Positions 38,347 through 48,490 of a stretch of 64,000 nt of DNA are shown one piece after another. Made by a program: the position numbers and the translations under genes. Below the pieces are notes generated by a model. It had not been told where the DNA came from and did no database searches. It saw nothing but the letters and a program-made list of their open reading frames with translations. The DNA comes from Patescibacteria group bacterium (GTDB lineage Bacteria > Patescibacteriota > Patescibacteriia > UBA1558 > GWA2-36-10): positions 580 through 64,579 of the forward strand of contig JBAZKN010000005.1 in assembly GCA_041650755.1 (NCBI GenBank). The letters are read 5' to 3'. The first letter of the stretch is position 1; each line of letters begins with the position of its first letter.

Positions 38347-38458
38347 TTTGGTGACACAAAAAAGTAGCATAAAACTCTTTTAATTTAATACAAAAAATGT
38401 TATAATACCTCTACCTTCAAGAGGTTTTTTGAGTGTTTATTTTTAAATTATAGTATAT

Positions 38459-38830
38459 ATGAAAGTTGGGCATTCGGCCGTTATCTATGTCATTATTTTT
38501 GTAGTTTTAGCCGGTTTTTTCTTCTTGTTTTATGATAAAGGCAGTTCCCAGAATAAAATTTTACTCCAGACCCTGTCTTGCCAGTCAGACAAAATTGATA
38601 AAAGCGTGCTTGATTTAGATGGCCGCACCAGCCTGATAGGCGCGTTTATTAGCTTCAAGCAGGTGCCCATCAGTCAGGATACCAGACAGCATTTGGCCAA
38701 ATTAGACATAAAAATAGACGAAAATAGCTGGATTTTTGACTATGCACGGGCAGAAATTCCTACCCGCAGTCTTTGCGGTTTAGTCAAAGACGATAATATC
38801 ATCTCGGTCTTTATACCGAAATTAAATTAA
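38459..38830 (+). CDS. Membrane-anchored hypothetical protein
   Basis: N-terminal TM; 3 nt upstream of pgk. Confidence 0.55.
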   Translation: MKVGHSAVIYVIIFVVLAGFFFLFYDKGSSQNKILLQTLSCQSDKIDKSVLDLDGRTSLIGAFISFKQVPISQDTRQHLAKLDIKIDENSWIFDYARAEIPTRSLCGLVKDDNIISVFIPKLN

Positions 38831-38833
38831 AGT

Positions 38834-39994
38834 ATGCAATTAAAAAAAATCCAAGACATTGACGAATTTGACTCGCAGAGAGTTTTGTTGCGTCTGGATC
38901 TAAATGTGCCCATCAAGAATGGCCAGGTAGCCAAAGGAGGAGAAGAGCGCTTGTTGAGATCTTTGCCGACTATAAAATATTTGCGCGCTCAAGGAGCTAA
39001 AATTATAATTGTGGCTCACCTGGGCAGGCCGGAGGGCAGGACGGTCAGAAAATATTCTTTGCGTCCGGTAGCCAATAAATTGAGCAAGATGCTGCGCGCT
39101 CCGGTGGAGTTTTGGCCGGGCAACATCTCAAAATATTATTCCGCTAGCCGTCGACTGTCAGCCGGCCAAGTAGTGATGCTGGAAAATATCCGTTTCCAAC
39201 CCAAAGAACAGAAGAATTGCAAAAAATTAGCCAAGCGCCTCAGCCAATTGGCTGATATCTATGTCAATGATGCTTTTGGCAATATTCATCGCCTTGACAG
39301 CTCCATGCATGCCATCACTTATTTTCTGCCCAGCTATGCCGGATTTTTGCTGCAGGATGAAGTAAAATATTTATCCGAAGTTTTGGCTACTCGCGATGGC
39401 CTGATGGTCATCTTGGGTGGCGCCAAAGTATCTACCAAGATTGATCTGATCAAAAAATTTGTACAGATTGCCGATCGCATACTGATGGGCGGCGCCATAG
39501 CCAATACTCTACTAGCGGCCAGGGGTCTGCATGTGGGCCATTCGGTCTATGATACTGATATGGTAGATAGCGCCAAGTATTTATTATTCAAAAAAGTGAT
39601 TTTACCACAAGATCTAGTGGTCTGCAACACTTTGAATAGCAAGCAGTGCCGGACAGTGCCGGTCGATAAGGTGGCCGATAAAGATGTGATTGTCGACTTG
39701 GGGCCCCAGACCATCAAGTATTACCTGGGGATTTTGAAAAAGGCCAAGCTGATAGTTTGGAATGGGCCGCTGGGTTATTTTGAAAATTCCAAGGGTGCCC
39801 GGGCTTCAGAGATATTACTGAAGTCAATCCACAAATTGCCCGGCAAGACTATTGTAGGTGGCGGTGAGACTGTAGAGCTGGTCAATCGCCTGAAAATAAA
39901 AAATAAATTTACTTTTGTTTCCACTGGCGGCGGTGCCATGCTGGCTTTTTTGCAGGGCGATAAGCTGCCGGTTTTGGAACGACTTATCATTTAG
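38834..39994 (+). CDS. pgk: Phosphoglycerate kinase
   Basis: RLDLNVP, HLGRP, LENIRF, NDAFG, STGGGA. Confidence 0.96.
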   Translation: MQLKKIQDIDEFDSQRVLLRLDLNVPIKNGQVAKGGEERLLRSLPTIKYLRAQGAKIIIVAHLGRPEGRTVRKYSLRPVANKLSKMLRAPVEFWPGNISKYYSASRRLSAGQVVMLENIRFQPKEQKNCKKLAKRLSQLADIYVNDAFGNIHRLDSSMHAITYFLPSYAGFLLQDEVKYLSEVLATRDGLMVILGGAKVSTKIDLIKKFVQIADRILMGGAIANTLLAARGLHVGHSVYDTDMVDSAKYLLFKKVILPQDLVVCNTLNSKQCRTVPVDKVADKDVIVDLGPQTIKYYLGILKKAKLIVWNGPLGYFENSKGARASEILLKSIHKLPGKTIVGGGETVELVNRLKIKNKFTFVSTGGGAMLAFLQGDKLPVLERLII

Positions 39995-40036
39995 CAACTT
40001 TTGACTTTATAAGCTTCTAACTTTGTACTGAATATC

Positions 40037-41314
40037 ATGCCATTGAAAATAAAAAAAATTAGCGCCTTGGAGATTCTGGATTCGCGTGGCAATCCAACTG
40101 TCGAAGTGACCGTGACTTTAAACAACGGTCTGGTGGGCGTGTCGGCTGTGCCATCAGGCGCTTCTACCGGGCGCTGGGAAGCCTTTGAATTGCGCGATAA
40201 TGATCAGTCTCGTTATAATGGCCAGGGAGTGCTCAAGGCCGTGCAAAACGTAAATACAGTTATTAATCAGGCTTTAACTGGCCTGGATGTCAACGAACAA
40301 GCAAAAATTGACCAACTGATGATCAAGCTGGACGGCACGAAAAATAAAAGCAAATTAGGGGCCAATGCTATTTTGGGAGTGTCCTTGGCTTGCGCTATCA
40401 GCGCTGCTAAAGCCAATAATTTGCAGCTCTTCCAATATTTGCGCCAATTATATGACAATAAGATAAAAGAGTATAAATTGCCTACGCCAGTGGTCAATGT
40501 GATCAATGGCGGCAAGCACGGCAGCACCAATATAAACATCCAGGAATTTTGGCTGGTGCCCATTAAAGCTAAGACTTTTGCCGAAAAGTTGAGGCAGGCC
40601 AGCGAGGTTTTTCATAATTTAGGTGCGTGTCTGCAGGAAGTGGGCTTGGATACTGATTTGGGCAACGAAGGCGGCTACTCTCCGGAAGTAAAATCCCATA
40701 GCCAAATTTTTGAGTTGCTGATGCAGGCCATTGCCAAAACTAAATTGGTGGCAGATCAGGACATGGTCTTGGGTATCGATGCTGGCGCTTCTGTTTTTTA
40801 TGACAGCGCCAAGGAGCTATATAGCTTGCCTTTGGAGGGCGGCCTATTTAGCGCCGAGGAGCTGATGGATTTTTATCTGCATTGGATGAGCATCTATCCC
40901 ATACATTTTTTAGAAGACCCTTTTGATCAAGAGGATTGGAATGCCTGGCAGCAATTTACTGTCGATGATTATGTCAGAAATAATGAGATCAGGGTGATTG
41001 GCGATGATTTGTTTGTCACCAATGTAAAGCGTCTGGAAAAAGGGGCGTCTTTGGGTGCAGCAAATACTATCCTCATAAAGCCCAATCAAATAGGCACCTT
41101 GTCAGAAACTTTGGCTACTATACGCTATGCTCAAAAGCACAAGTATCAGGTGATGGTCTCTCATCGCAGCGGTGAAACCGAGGATACTACTATTGCCGAT
41201 TTGGCGGTGGCTGTCAATGCTGATTATATCAAGATCGGCTCGACTGCCAGGGGCGAGCGGATAGTAAAATATAATCGTTTGCTGAATATTGAAGACAGAT
41301 TAAAACATTATTAA
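40037..41314 (+). CDS. eno: Enolase
   Basis: DSRGNPTVEV, PSGASTG, SHRSGETED. Confidence 0.97.
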   Translation: MPLKIKKISALEILDSRGNPTVEVTVTLNNGLVGVSAVPSGASTGRWEAFELRDNDQSRYNGQGVLKAVQNVNTVINQALTGLDVNEQAKIDQLMIKLDGTKNKSKLGANAILGVSLACAISAAKANNLQLFQYLRQLYDNKIKEYKLPTPVVNVINGGKHGSTNINIQEFWLVPIKAKTFAEKLRQASEVFHNLGACLQEVGLDTDLGNEGGYSPEVKSHSQIFELLMQAIAKTKLVADQDMVLGIDAGASVFYDSAKELYSLPLEGGLFSAEELMDFYLHWMSIYPIHFLEDPFDQEDWNAWQQFTVDDYVRNNEIRVIGDDLFVTNVKRLEKGASLGAANTILIKPNQIGTLSETLATIRYAQKHKYQVMVSHRSGETEDTTIADLAVAVNADYIKIGSTARGERIVKYNRLLNIEDRLKHY

Positions 41315-41320
41315 TTTTTT

Positions 41321-42901
41321 ATGCCAAAATTTCATCTTGATATTAGTAAGGATAATTTACCAATTGTGCTGGTTATTTTGGATGGCTGGGGCTTGAACCG
41401 CGAGGTGACTGGCAATGCCATAGCGCTAGCCAAAACGCCGGTGATCAACAATTTATATAAAAAATATCCCAATATAAAATTGCACGCCTCAGGCAAATCA
41501 GTGGGCCTGCCTTTGCATCAGCCGGGCAACTCCGAAGCGGGGCATATGAATATTGGTGCTGGTCGTTTGGTGGAGCAGGATGCGGTTTTGATATCGCGCT
41601 CTATCAACAATGGCACTTTTTTCAAAAATCCGGCCTGGTTGCAGGTAGCCAAGCACGTTGCCAAACATCAATCAAACATTCATTTGATGGGACTTTTGTC
41701 GGATGTTTCTAGTCCGCATTCGGATATGGATCATCTTTTATCCTTGATTAATTTTTTTACGCGCAAGAGCAAGCGGCCGATTTATTTGCATTTATTTACC
41801 GATGGCCGCGACAGCCCGCGTTTTGCTGCCCTAAAAATTTTGGCTCATTACCAAAAGATATTCAATAACGACCGTCTGCACATTGCTAGCATTATGGGCC
41901 GTTTTTATTCCATGGATCGCAAAAAAGCCTGGGAGCGTACCCAAGCCGCCTATGAGGCCATGGTTTCGGGTAAGGGTTTGACTGCTGAATCTGCTGAATC
42001 TGCTGTCAGCCAAGCCTATAATCGCGGCGAGAGTGATGAGTTTATCAAACCCACGGTGATCATGGAAAATCATAAGCCAATAGGTCTCATCGGTGATCAG
42101 GACGCGGTGGTGTTTTTTAACCTGCGGTCAGACAGAGCCAGGCAATTGTCCAAGGCTTTTGTCCAGCCGGATTTTAATAAAAAAAATCCCGGCTCTTTTA
42201 AGCGTAGCAAGTGGCCAAAGAATTTACTCTTTGTCGCTTTGACCGATTTTGGGCCAGACCTTGATAGCATCATGACTGCTTATCCAGGCATTGATATAAA
42301 CGATACTTTAGTGATGGCCTTGCACGATTTTCGCCAGCTGTATATTGCCGAAACAGAAAAATATGCCCATGTCACTTATTTTTTCAATGGCGGCTACGAC
42401 CATGCTTTGGTTGGTGAAAAAAGGGTCAATATTCCTTCGGTGCTGGTTGACTCTTATGACCAGCAGCCGGCCATGTCGGCCAAAGAAATCACTAAGTATG
42501 TTATTAAGGCCCTGAAAAATAAGGCTTATGACTTTATCGCTATCAACTTTGCCAACCCAGATATGGTGGGGCATACCGGTAATTTGCAGGCCGGCATCAA
42601 AGCAGTGGAAACGGTTGATCAATCTTTGGGTGAAATAGTTAAAGAAGTCGGCAAACAGCACGGCACGGTTGTCATTACTGCCGATCATGGCAATGTCGAA
42701 GAAATGATAAATCTAAAAACTGGCGAAGTTGATACTGAGCACTCTAGCAATCTAGTGCCTTTAATCATTGTCAATGATCATGTTAAATTTAAATTAAAAG
42801 ACAGCGGCAGTTTGTCGAATATTGCTCCGACGATTTTGGATATCATGCAGGTTTACCAGCCTGAAGGTATGACTGCCAAATCATTAATTGTTAAAAAATA
42901 A
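41321..42901 (+). CDS. gpmI: 2,3-BPG-independent phosphoglycerate mutase (copy 1)
   Basis: ILDGWG, GNSEAGH, DGRD, AETEKYAHVT, DMVGH, TADHGN. Confidence 0.95.
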   Translation: MPKFHLDISKDNLPIVLVILDGWGLNREVTGNAIALAKTPVINNLYKKYPNIKLHASGKSVGLPLHQPGNSEAGHMNIGAGRLVEQDAVLISRSINNGTFFKNPAWLQVAKHVAKHQSNIHLMGLLSDVSSPHSDMDHLLSLINFFTRKSKRPIYLHLFTDGRDSPRFAALKILAHYQKIFNNDRLHIASIMGRFYSMDRKKAWERTQAAYEAMVSGKGLTAESAESAVSQAYNRGESDEFIKPTVIMENHKPIGLIGDQDAVVFFNLRSDRARQLSKAFVQPDFNKKNPGSFKRSKWPKNLLFVALTDFGPDLDSIMTAYPGIDINDTLVMALHDFRQLYIAETEKYAHVTYFFNGGYDHALVGEKRVNIPSVLVDSYDQQPAMSAKEITKYVIKALKNKAYDFIAINFANPDMVGHTGNLQAGIKAVETVDQSLGEIVKEVGKQHGTVVITADHGNVEEMINLKTGEVDTEHSSNLVPLIIVNDHVKFKLKDSGSLSNIAPTILDIMQVYQPEGMTAKSLIVKK

Positions 42902-42920
42902 AAATTAAATTTCTAACGGA

Positions 42921-44498
42921 ATGAATAGACCCAGACCAGTAGTTTTGATTATTTTAGATGGTTTTGGTATTGCTCCCCCCAGCCGCGCTAATGCTATATC
43001 TTTGGCTAAAACTCCAAATTTTGATAAATACTCAAATCATTATCCGCTCATGCCGATTGCGGCGGCTGGCGAAGCAGTGGGTTTGTCTTGGGGTGAGATG
43101 GGCAACTCGCAGGTCGGCCACTTGTCTTTGGGGTCTGGCCTTATTCCTTATCAAAATTTACCGCGCATCAACAAAGCGATTACCGATGGCAGCTTTTTTA
43201 AGAATGAGGCTTTTTTGGCAGCCATCAAGCACGCTAAAGACAAAAATAGCGCTTTGCATCTGATTGGCCTAGTCAGTTCGGGCGGTGTGCACAGCTACAA
43301 TGAGCATTTATACGCTTTGATTGAATTGGCTCATCAGCATAAAGTCAGTCGTGTTTGCATACATGCTTTTTTGGATGGTCGCGATACTTTGTATAATAGC
43401 GGTTTGAATTTTATCATCAAATTGCAGGAAAAGCTGGTCAGTGTCGGCACCGGAGTGATCGCCACCATTAGCGGCCGCTTTTGGGCTATGGACAGGGACA
43501 ATCGCTGGGACAGGATAGCCAAAGCTTATGCAGCCATGGTTGATGGCCAGAGTGATGAGCTGGCTAGTGATCCGGCGATTGCTATCCAAAAATCTTATGC
43601 GCAAAATATTTATGATGAGCAATTAGTGCCGACAGTGATTATTGATGACTTGGGTAAGCCCAAGGGAAAGATTAGCGACGGTGATGCTGTGATATTTTTT
43701 AATTTTCGTTCTGATCGGGCCAGACAGTTGACCGAGGCTTTGACTGTGCCGGGTTTTGAGAAATTTTCTCGAACATATTTCAAAAATTTATCGATGGTCA
43801 CCATGACCGAATATGAAAAGGACTTGCCGGTTAAGGTAGCTTTTCCGCCCCTGACCATTGACACGCCTTTGGCGCGGGTGATTTCTGAAGCCGGACTCAA
43901 GCAGTTGCACATTGCTGAAACGGAAAAGTATGCCCATGTCACTTATTTTTTTAATGGTGGCCAAGAGCAGATCTACCCCGGAGAAGACAGGATTTTAGTG
44001 CCGTCGCCGCAAGTTGCTTCATACGATCAAAAACCTGATATGTCAGCCAGAGAGATTACCAGCAAAGTCAGCCAGGCCATCAAAGAGGGCAAATATGATT
44101 TTATTGTGATAAATTTTGCCAATCCAGATATGGTGGCCCATACCGGCAATATTCAGGCTACGGTGCAAGCCATTGAAACCCTTGATCAATTGGCCGGGGA
44201 GATAGTGGATACCACCTTGTCTTATGAGGGCGTGGTTTTGATCACTGCCGATCATGGCAATGCCGAAGGTTTGTTTGATCTGCAGACTGGCGAGATAGAC
44301 AAAGAACACAGCAGCAATCCTGTGCCTCTGTTTATCGTCGGTAAAGATTTTACCGGTAAAAGCGTTTTGGCCGGCATGACCAGCACTGATTTGAGCCGCA
44401 TCACTCCAGTGGGAGTGCTGGCCGATGTGGCGCCGACTATTTTAAAAATTATGGGTCTCAAAAAGCCGCCCCAGATGACGGGCAGCCCATTGATATAA
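42921..44498 (+). CDS. gpmI: 2,3-BPG-independent phosphoglycerate mutase (copy 2)
   Basis: ILDGFG, GNSQVGH, DGRD, AETEKYAHVT, TADHGN. Confidence 0.95.
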   Translation: MNRPRPVVLIILDGFGIAPPSRANAISLAKTPNFDKYSNHYPLMPIAAAGEAVGLSWGEMGNSQVGHLSLGSGLIPYQNLPRINKAITDGSFFKNEAFLAAIKHAKDKNSALHLIGLVSSGGVHSYNEHLYALIELAHQHKVSRVCIHAFLDGRDTLYNSGLNFIIKLQEKLVSVGTGVIATISGRFWAMDRDNRWDRIAKAYAAMVDGQSDELASDPAIAIQKSYAQNIYDEQLVPTVIIDDLGKPKGKISDGDAVIFFNFRSDRARQLTEALTVPGFEKFSRTYFKNLSMVTMTEYEKDLPVKVAFPPLTIDTPLARVISEAGLKQLHIAETEKYAHVTYFFNGGQEQIYPGEDRILVPSPQVASYDQKPDMSAREITSKVSQAIKEGKYDFIVINFANPDMVAHTGNIQATVQAIETLDQLAGEIVDTTLSYEGVVLITADHGNAEGLFDLQTGEIDKEHSSNPVPLFIVGKDFTGKSVLAGMTSTDLSRITPVGVLADVAPTILKIMGLKKPPQMTGSPLI

Positions 44499-44509
44499 TT
44501 TTGCAGGAT

Positions 44510-44941
44510 TTATTTTGGCCAAACTTGGATTAGTATTATAGTCACCACTAGACCAAGCAGGATACCGACTATCACTTCGCTATTTTTATGGCCAAAACGT
44601 TCTTCTAGGACCGGATAATGATATTCTCTCTCATCGGGCAATTCTTTGATCAGCTGATTGATCAATCGGCTGTTTTTGCCGATCTGCCATCTGATGCCGG
44701 TGGCATCGCGGATGATCAGCAGAGCAAGAACCAGAGCCAGGGCAAAGGCCGGGGAATTTAATCCCTGATAATAGGCCATGCAATAAACCAAAGAAGTCAC
44801 AGTAGCCGCATGTGAAGATGGCATGCCGCCATAGCTTAGGATAGAAAACCAGGTAAAACGGCCGCGAAATATTTCTAGCAGCACTTTGACTATTTGATTG
44901 ACAAACATGACCACCAAAGGGATGAGAAATAGTTGATACAT
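44510..44941 (-). CDS. Divergent PAP2 family protein
   Basis: GGMPSSH, DATGIR, GH..EV; start placed at MYQLF. Confidence 0.88.
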   Translation of the reverse strand: MYQLFLIPLVVMFVNQIVKVLLEIFRGRFTWFSILSYGGMPSSHAATVTSLVYCMAYYQGLNSPAFALALVLALLIIRDATGIRWQIGKNSRLINQLIKELPDEREYHYPVLEERFGHKNSEVIVGILLGLVVTIILIQVWPK

Positions 44942-45028
44942 ATTGATTTTTATTATAAACTTTAATCTGTGGAATGCTAGTTTGTTTTGATCCACAGGTA
45001 AATTATAGCAAACTTAGGGCAAAAAACA

Positions 45029-45781
45029 ATGAATCCGATACAAATAATTATTTTGGGCGCTGTTCAAGGCATTACCGAGTGGCTGCCGATATCCAGCGAT
45101 GGGCATCTAGTGGTTTTAGAAAAAATCATGCGTTTGGCAGTGACCGTATCTTTTGATGTCTTTTTGCATCTGGGAAGTTTGTTGGTGATTTTAATTTTTT
45201 TCCGCCAGCCGCTGGTGGAGTTTCTAAAACATCTTTTTGGCCGACCGAGTCAGTGGCCTATTGAGAGAAACAGGTGGTGGCTATATTTATTGATTAGCAC
45301 AGTAGTGACCGGCATTTTGGGCTTGTCATTTTATCCTTATATTGAAAACTTTCGAACTATTGGTTTTGCTGCTAATGGATTTTTATTCACTAGTCTGTTT
45401 TTATTGGCTACTCGCTGGTCAAAGTCAGGCCGCTCAATCGGCTACCCAGAGGCATTTGTACTAGGTTTGGTGCAGGGTTTGGCTGTTTTGCCCGGAGTTT
45501 CACGCAGTGGCTTAGTTTTATCTCTGGCTTTATTGCTGGGTGCCAAGAAAGAAGATGCTTTTGATTATACTTTTTTCTTGGCTGTGCCGGCTATTATAGC
45601 CGCTTTTGTTTTGGCCGTTAAAGATCTCGCCTGGCAGCCGATATACTTGCTTGGTTTATTGATGACAATAATTGTCGGTTTGCTGGCTCTGTTTTTGCTA
45701 AGAAATATTGTGCAGCGCGATAAACTTTATTGGTTCTGCATATATACTTTTGTTTTAGCCATGGTTTTAAAATTATTATAA
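45029..45781 (+). CDS. uppP: Undecaprenyl-diphosphate phosphatase
   Basis: QGITEWLPISSDGH, PGVSRSG. Confidence 0.93.
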   Translation: MNPIQIIILGAVQGITEWLPISSDGHLVVLEKIMRLAVTVSFDVFLHLGSLLVILIFFRQPLVEFLKHLFGRPSQWPIERNRWWLYLLISTVVTGILGLSFYPYIENFRTIGFAANGFLFTSLFLLATRWSKSGRSIGYPEAFVLGLVQGLAVLPGVSRSGLVLSLALLLGAKKEDAFDYTFFLAVPAIIAAFVLAVKDLAWQPIYLLGLLMTIIVGLLALFLLRNIVQRDKLYWFCIYTFVLAMVLKLL

Positions 45782-45788
45782 ATTTTTT

Positions 45789-46787
45789 ATGAAAACTTGG
45801 CGAAGAATATTTTTCTTTATTGTGCTGCTGGGTATTATCTTGATTGGCGGGTTTGCCTATGGCTTGTTTAGCGGCAATGATAAAGCGGCTCAAAATCTTG
45901 TCATCAGTAGCGGCCAGGGAGTCAACCAAGTGAGCGCTGACCTTAAGGCAGTCGGTTTAATAAAAAGCAAGCTGGTTTTTGAAACTTGGCTGTGGCTTTT
46001 GCATTCAGAAAATAGAGTGGTAGCCGGAGCTTATAATCTGCCGGCCGATATCTCTATTTACCGTCTGGTGAATCTGATTACTTCTCTGCCGGTCAATCAG
46101 CAGCAGTCAATACTTTTGCCCGAGGGCTTGGATCGCCAAATGATTGCCGATATTTTGGATAAAAAAGGCTTGTCGGGCGATGATTTTTTATCGGTGACTA
46201 AAAAAATTGCCGACTGGCAGCTGGCCTATGATTTTTTGGCTGATGCCCCCAAAAACGCTACTTTAGAGGGCTATATTTTTCCTGATACTTATTTTGTGGA
46301 TAATTATACTACCATTATAGATTTTATCGACAAAACTTTGAATAATTTTGATAAAAAATTGACAGCCGGCCTGCGCCAAGAAATAAAAAACCAACGCAAA
46401 ACTATTTTTGCAGTAGTTACCCTAGCCTCTATTATTGAAAGGGAAGTGCCGAATGACCAAGATAAAAAAATGATTGCCGATATTTTTTTGAAGCGCCTGA
46501 AAATCGGCATGGCCCTGCAATCTGATGCCACGATCAATTTTATTACCGGCAAAGGCTTGGTCCAGCCCACGGCCAAAGATCTGGCAGTTGATTCACCCTA
46601 CAATACGTATAAAAATCCAGGGCTGCCGCCCGGACCGATTTCTAACCCGGGGATAAAGAGCATAGAGGCAGTCTTATATCCGACTGATAATCCTTATTAT
46701 TATTTTTTGACTACCAAAGAGGGGAAAGTGATTTATAGTAAGACTTATCAGGAACACTTGAAGAATAAGGCGAAGTATTTGGATTAG
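45789..46787 (+). CDS. mltG: Endolytic transglycosylase
   Basis: LEGYIFPDTY, ASIIERE, LQSDAT, SPYNTY, GLPPGPI. Confidence 0.94.
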   Translation: MKTWRRIFFFIVLLGIILIGGFAYGLFSGNDKAAQNLVISSGQGVNQVSADLKAVGLIKSKLVFETWLWLLHSENRVVAGAYNLPADISIYRLVNLITSLPVNQQQSILLPEGLDRQMIADILDKKGLSGDDFLSVTKKIADWQLAYDFLADAPKNATLEGYIFPDTYFVDNYTTIIDFIDKTLNNFDKKLTAGLRQEIKNQRKTIFAVVTLASIIEREVPNDQDKKMIADIFLKRLKIGMALQSDATINFITGKGLVQPTAKDLAVDSPYNTYKNPGLPPGPISNPGIKSIEAVLYPTDNPYYYFLTTKEGKVIYSKTYQEHLKNKAKYLD

Positions 46788-46788
46788 G

Positions 46789-46959
46789 ACTTTTTATGTC
46801 GGCGATACCTCCGGCGACATAGAGGCGGGTAAATATGCCGGCGTAAAGACTATTGGCATTAGTTGTGGTTTTCAGGATAAAGTCATTTTAGCTGGTTCTA
46901 AGCCTGATCATCTTATTGATGATATTAGAGAGATTAAAGATATAATAAACAATATATAA
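46789..46959 (+). pseudogene. C-terminal remnant of a HAD (phosphoglycolate phosphatase-like) hydrolase
   Basis: Translates to TFYVGDTSGDIEAGKYAGVKTIGISCGF..PDHLIDDI; no start codon; abuts the mltG stop. Confidence 0.75.
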
Positions 46960-47117
46960 AAAAATTATATAATGATTGTTTATAATTTTTTGTAATAAAA
47001 TAGGGGACTCGGTTGAGCCCCCCTTGCCCTGAGGTAGGGGTGCAAATTGCACTACTATTAAACATAACACAATATCATATTTTTTTAATTTTGTCAATAG
47101 TTTAATAAAATAAATAT

Positions 47118-47146
47118 TTGACAACTTTTATTTTTTCCTTTATAAT
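47118..47146 (+). promoter_or_regulatory. Sigma70 promoter of rplJL
   Basis: TTGACA-17 nt-TATAAT. Confidence 0.85.
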
Positions 47147-47169
47147 ATCTACACAATTAATTTTAAATA

Positions 47170-47298
47170 ACCGTAGACAGTGGGTTTTTTGGCTAATATT
47201 GGCCCCAATTAGACATAAGTGTCTAACGGGGTAAACCAAAATATAAATCCTACCGAGGTACAAAATACTTTTATTTAGTGTTTTAATGTCTGCGGTTG
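47170..47298 (+). promoter_or_regulatory. Ribosomal protein L10 leader
   Basis: accgtagacagtggg...cctaccgagg...gtctgcggt upstream of rplJ. Confidence 0.7.
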
Positions 47299-47323
47299 AT
47301 CGCAGATTTTTTAATAAAAAACT

Positions 47324-47848
47324 ATGCCAAAGAATAAGCAACAAAAAGCCGAGATCTTAAAGAAAATTGAGGAAAAATTAAGCAAAAGTAAGACTATTGT
47401 TTTCAGTACTGACCAGGGTTTGAATGTCAAAGCTGTTCAGACTTTGCGCCAGCAATTAAAGCAAGAGGGCGCAGAATATTTGGTAGCCAAAAAGACTTTG
47501 GTCAAAAAAGCCACTAAAGATTTATTGGCTCCGGAAAAATTAGATGAGATTGAAGGTTCGGTTGGCTTAGTCTTGTCTTATGATGACGAAGTTACTGGTG
47601 CCAAGATTTTACACAAATTCGTCAAAGGCAACGAAAAGCTGGATATTGTCGGCGGTGTTTTGGAAAATAAATTTATCGATCGAGCCATGGTGCAGCGTTT
47701 GGCTATCTTGCCCGGACGCAATGAATTGCTGGCCAAGTTGCTGGGCTCTATCAAGTCGCCGATTAGCGGTTTGGTCGGAGTTTTGAGCGGCAATACCAGA
47801 AAATTGGTCTACGCCTTGAGCGCCATCAGGGATAAAAAAGCAAGTTAA
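47324..47848 (+). CDS. rplJ: 50S ribosomal protein L10
   Basis: GLNV..LR..VAKKTL; precedes rplL. Confidence 0.95.
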   Translation: MPKNKQQKAEILKKIEEKLSKSKTIVFSTDQGLNVKAVQTLRQQLKQEGAEYLVAKKTLVKKATKDLLAPEKLDEIEGSVGLVLSYDDEVTGAKILHKFVKGNEKLDIVGGVLENKFIDRAMVQRLAILPGRNELLAKLLGSIKSPISGLVGVLSGNTRKLVYALSAIRDKKAS

Positions 47849-47892
47849 TATTACATAACAAGCATTGATTAATTATTAATAATCATATAATT

Positions 47893-48297
47893 ATGTCAGA
47901 AGAAAAAAAGAATGTGACTGTACCCGCCAAATTCAAGGGTATTGTCGAAGAGATTGAAAAGATGTCAGTCTTGGATTTATCCGAATTAGTCTCAATTTTG
48001 GAGGAAAAATTCGGCGTTTCCGCAGCTGCCCCAGTAATGATAGGTGCCGTCGCAGGCGCTGCTCCAGCTGAAGCTGCTGAGGAGAAAACTTCTTTCGGCG
48101 TTGAATTGACCAGTGCTGGCAGCAACAAGATCGGCGTCATCAAAGTCATCCGCGAGATCACGCAGCTTGGCCTCAAAGAAGCCAAAGACTTAGTTGATGG
48201 TGCACCTAAGATGGTCAAGGAAGGTGTGGCCAAAGAAGAGGCTGAAAAAATCAAAGCCCAGCTTACTGAAGCAGGCGCTACTGTCACCTTGAAATAA
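47893..48297 (+). CDS. rplL: 50S ribosomal protein L7/L12
   Basis: [35 protein letters not shown]. Confidence 0.97.
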   Translation: MSEEKKNVTVPAKFKGIVEEIEKMSVLDLSELVSILEEKFGVSAAAPVMIGAVAGAAPAEAAEEKTSFGVELTSAGSNKIGVIKVIREITQLGLKEAKDLVDGAPKMVKEGVAKEEAEKIKAQLTEAGATVTLK

Positions 48298-48385
48298 TTT
48301 TTTTTAAGAACAAAAAATCCAACCACTACAGCGAGGCTGGATTTTTTGATTGGATTTTGAGCCGCCCGCTGGCCTATTGCCATAG

Positions 48386-48470
48386 TGTCATTGCGAGCGA
48401 AGCGAAGCAATCCACAAACTTATAGATTGCTTTGTCTCCCTCGACTACGCTCGGGATCCTCGCAATGACA
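48386..48470. repeat. REP-like palindrome inserted in a GC-rich stem (48362-48487)
   Basis: tgtcattgcgagcgaagcgaagcaatc...gattgct...ctcgcaatgaca, flanked by ccgcccgctggcc/ggccagcgggcgg. Confidence 0.8.
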
Positions 48471-48490
48471 ACCGGGCCAGCGGGCGGTAT

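Noticed and set aside
47883-48410. 175-aa minus-strand ORF
   Set aside because: Antisense shadow of rplL that starts inside a REP element.
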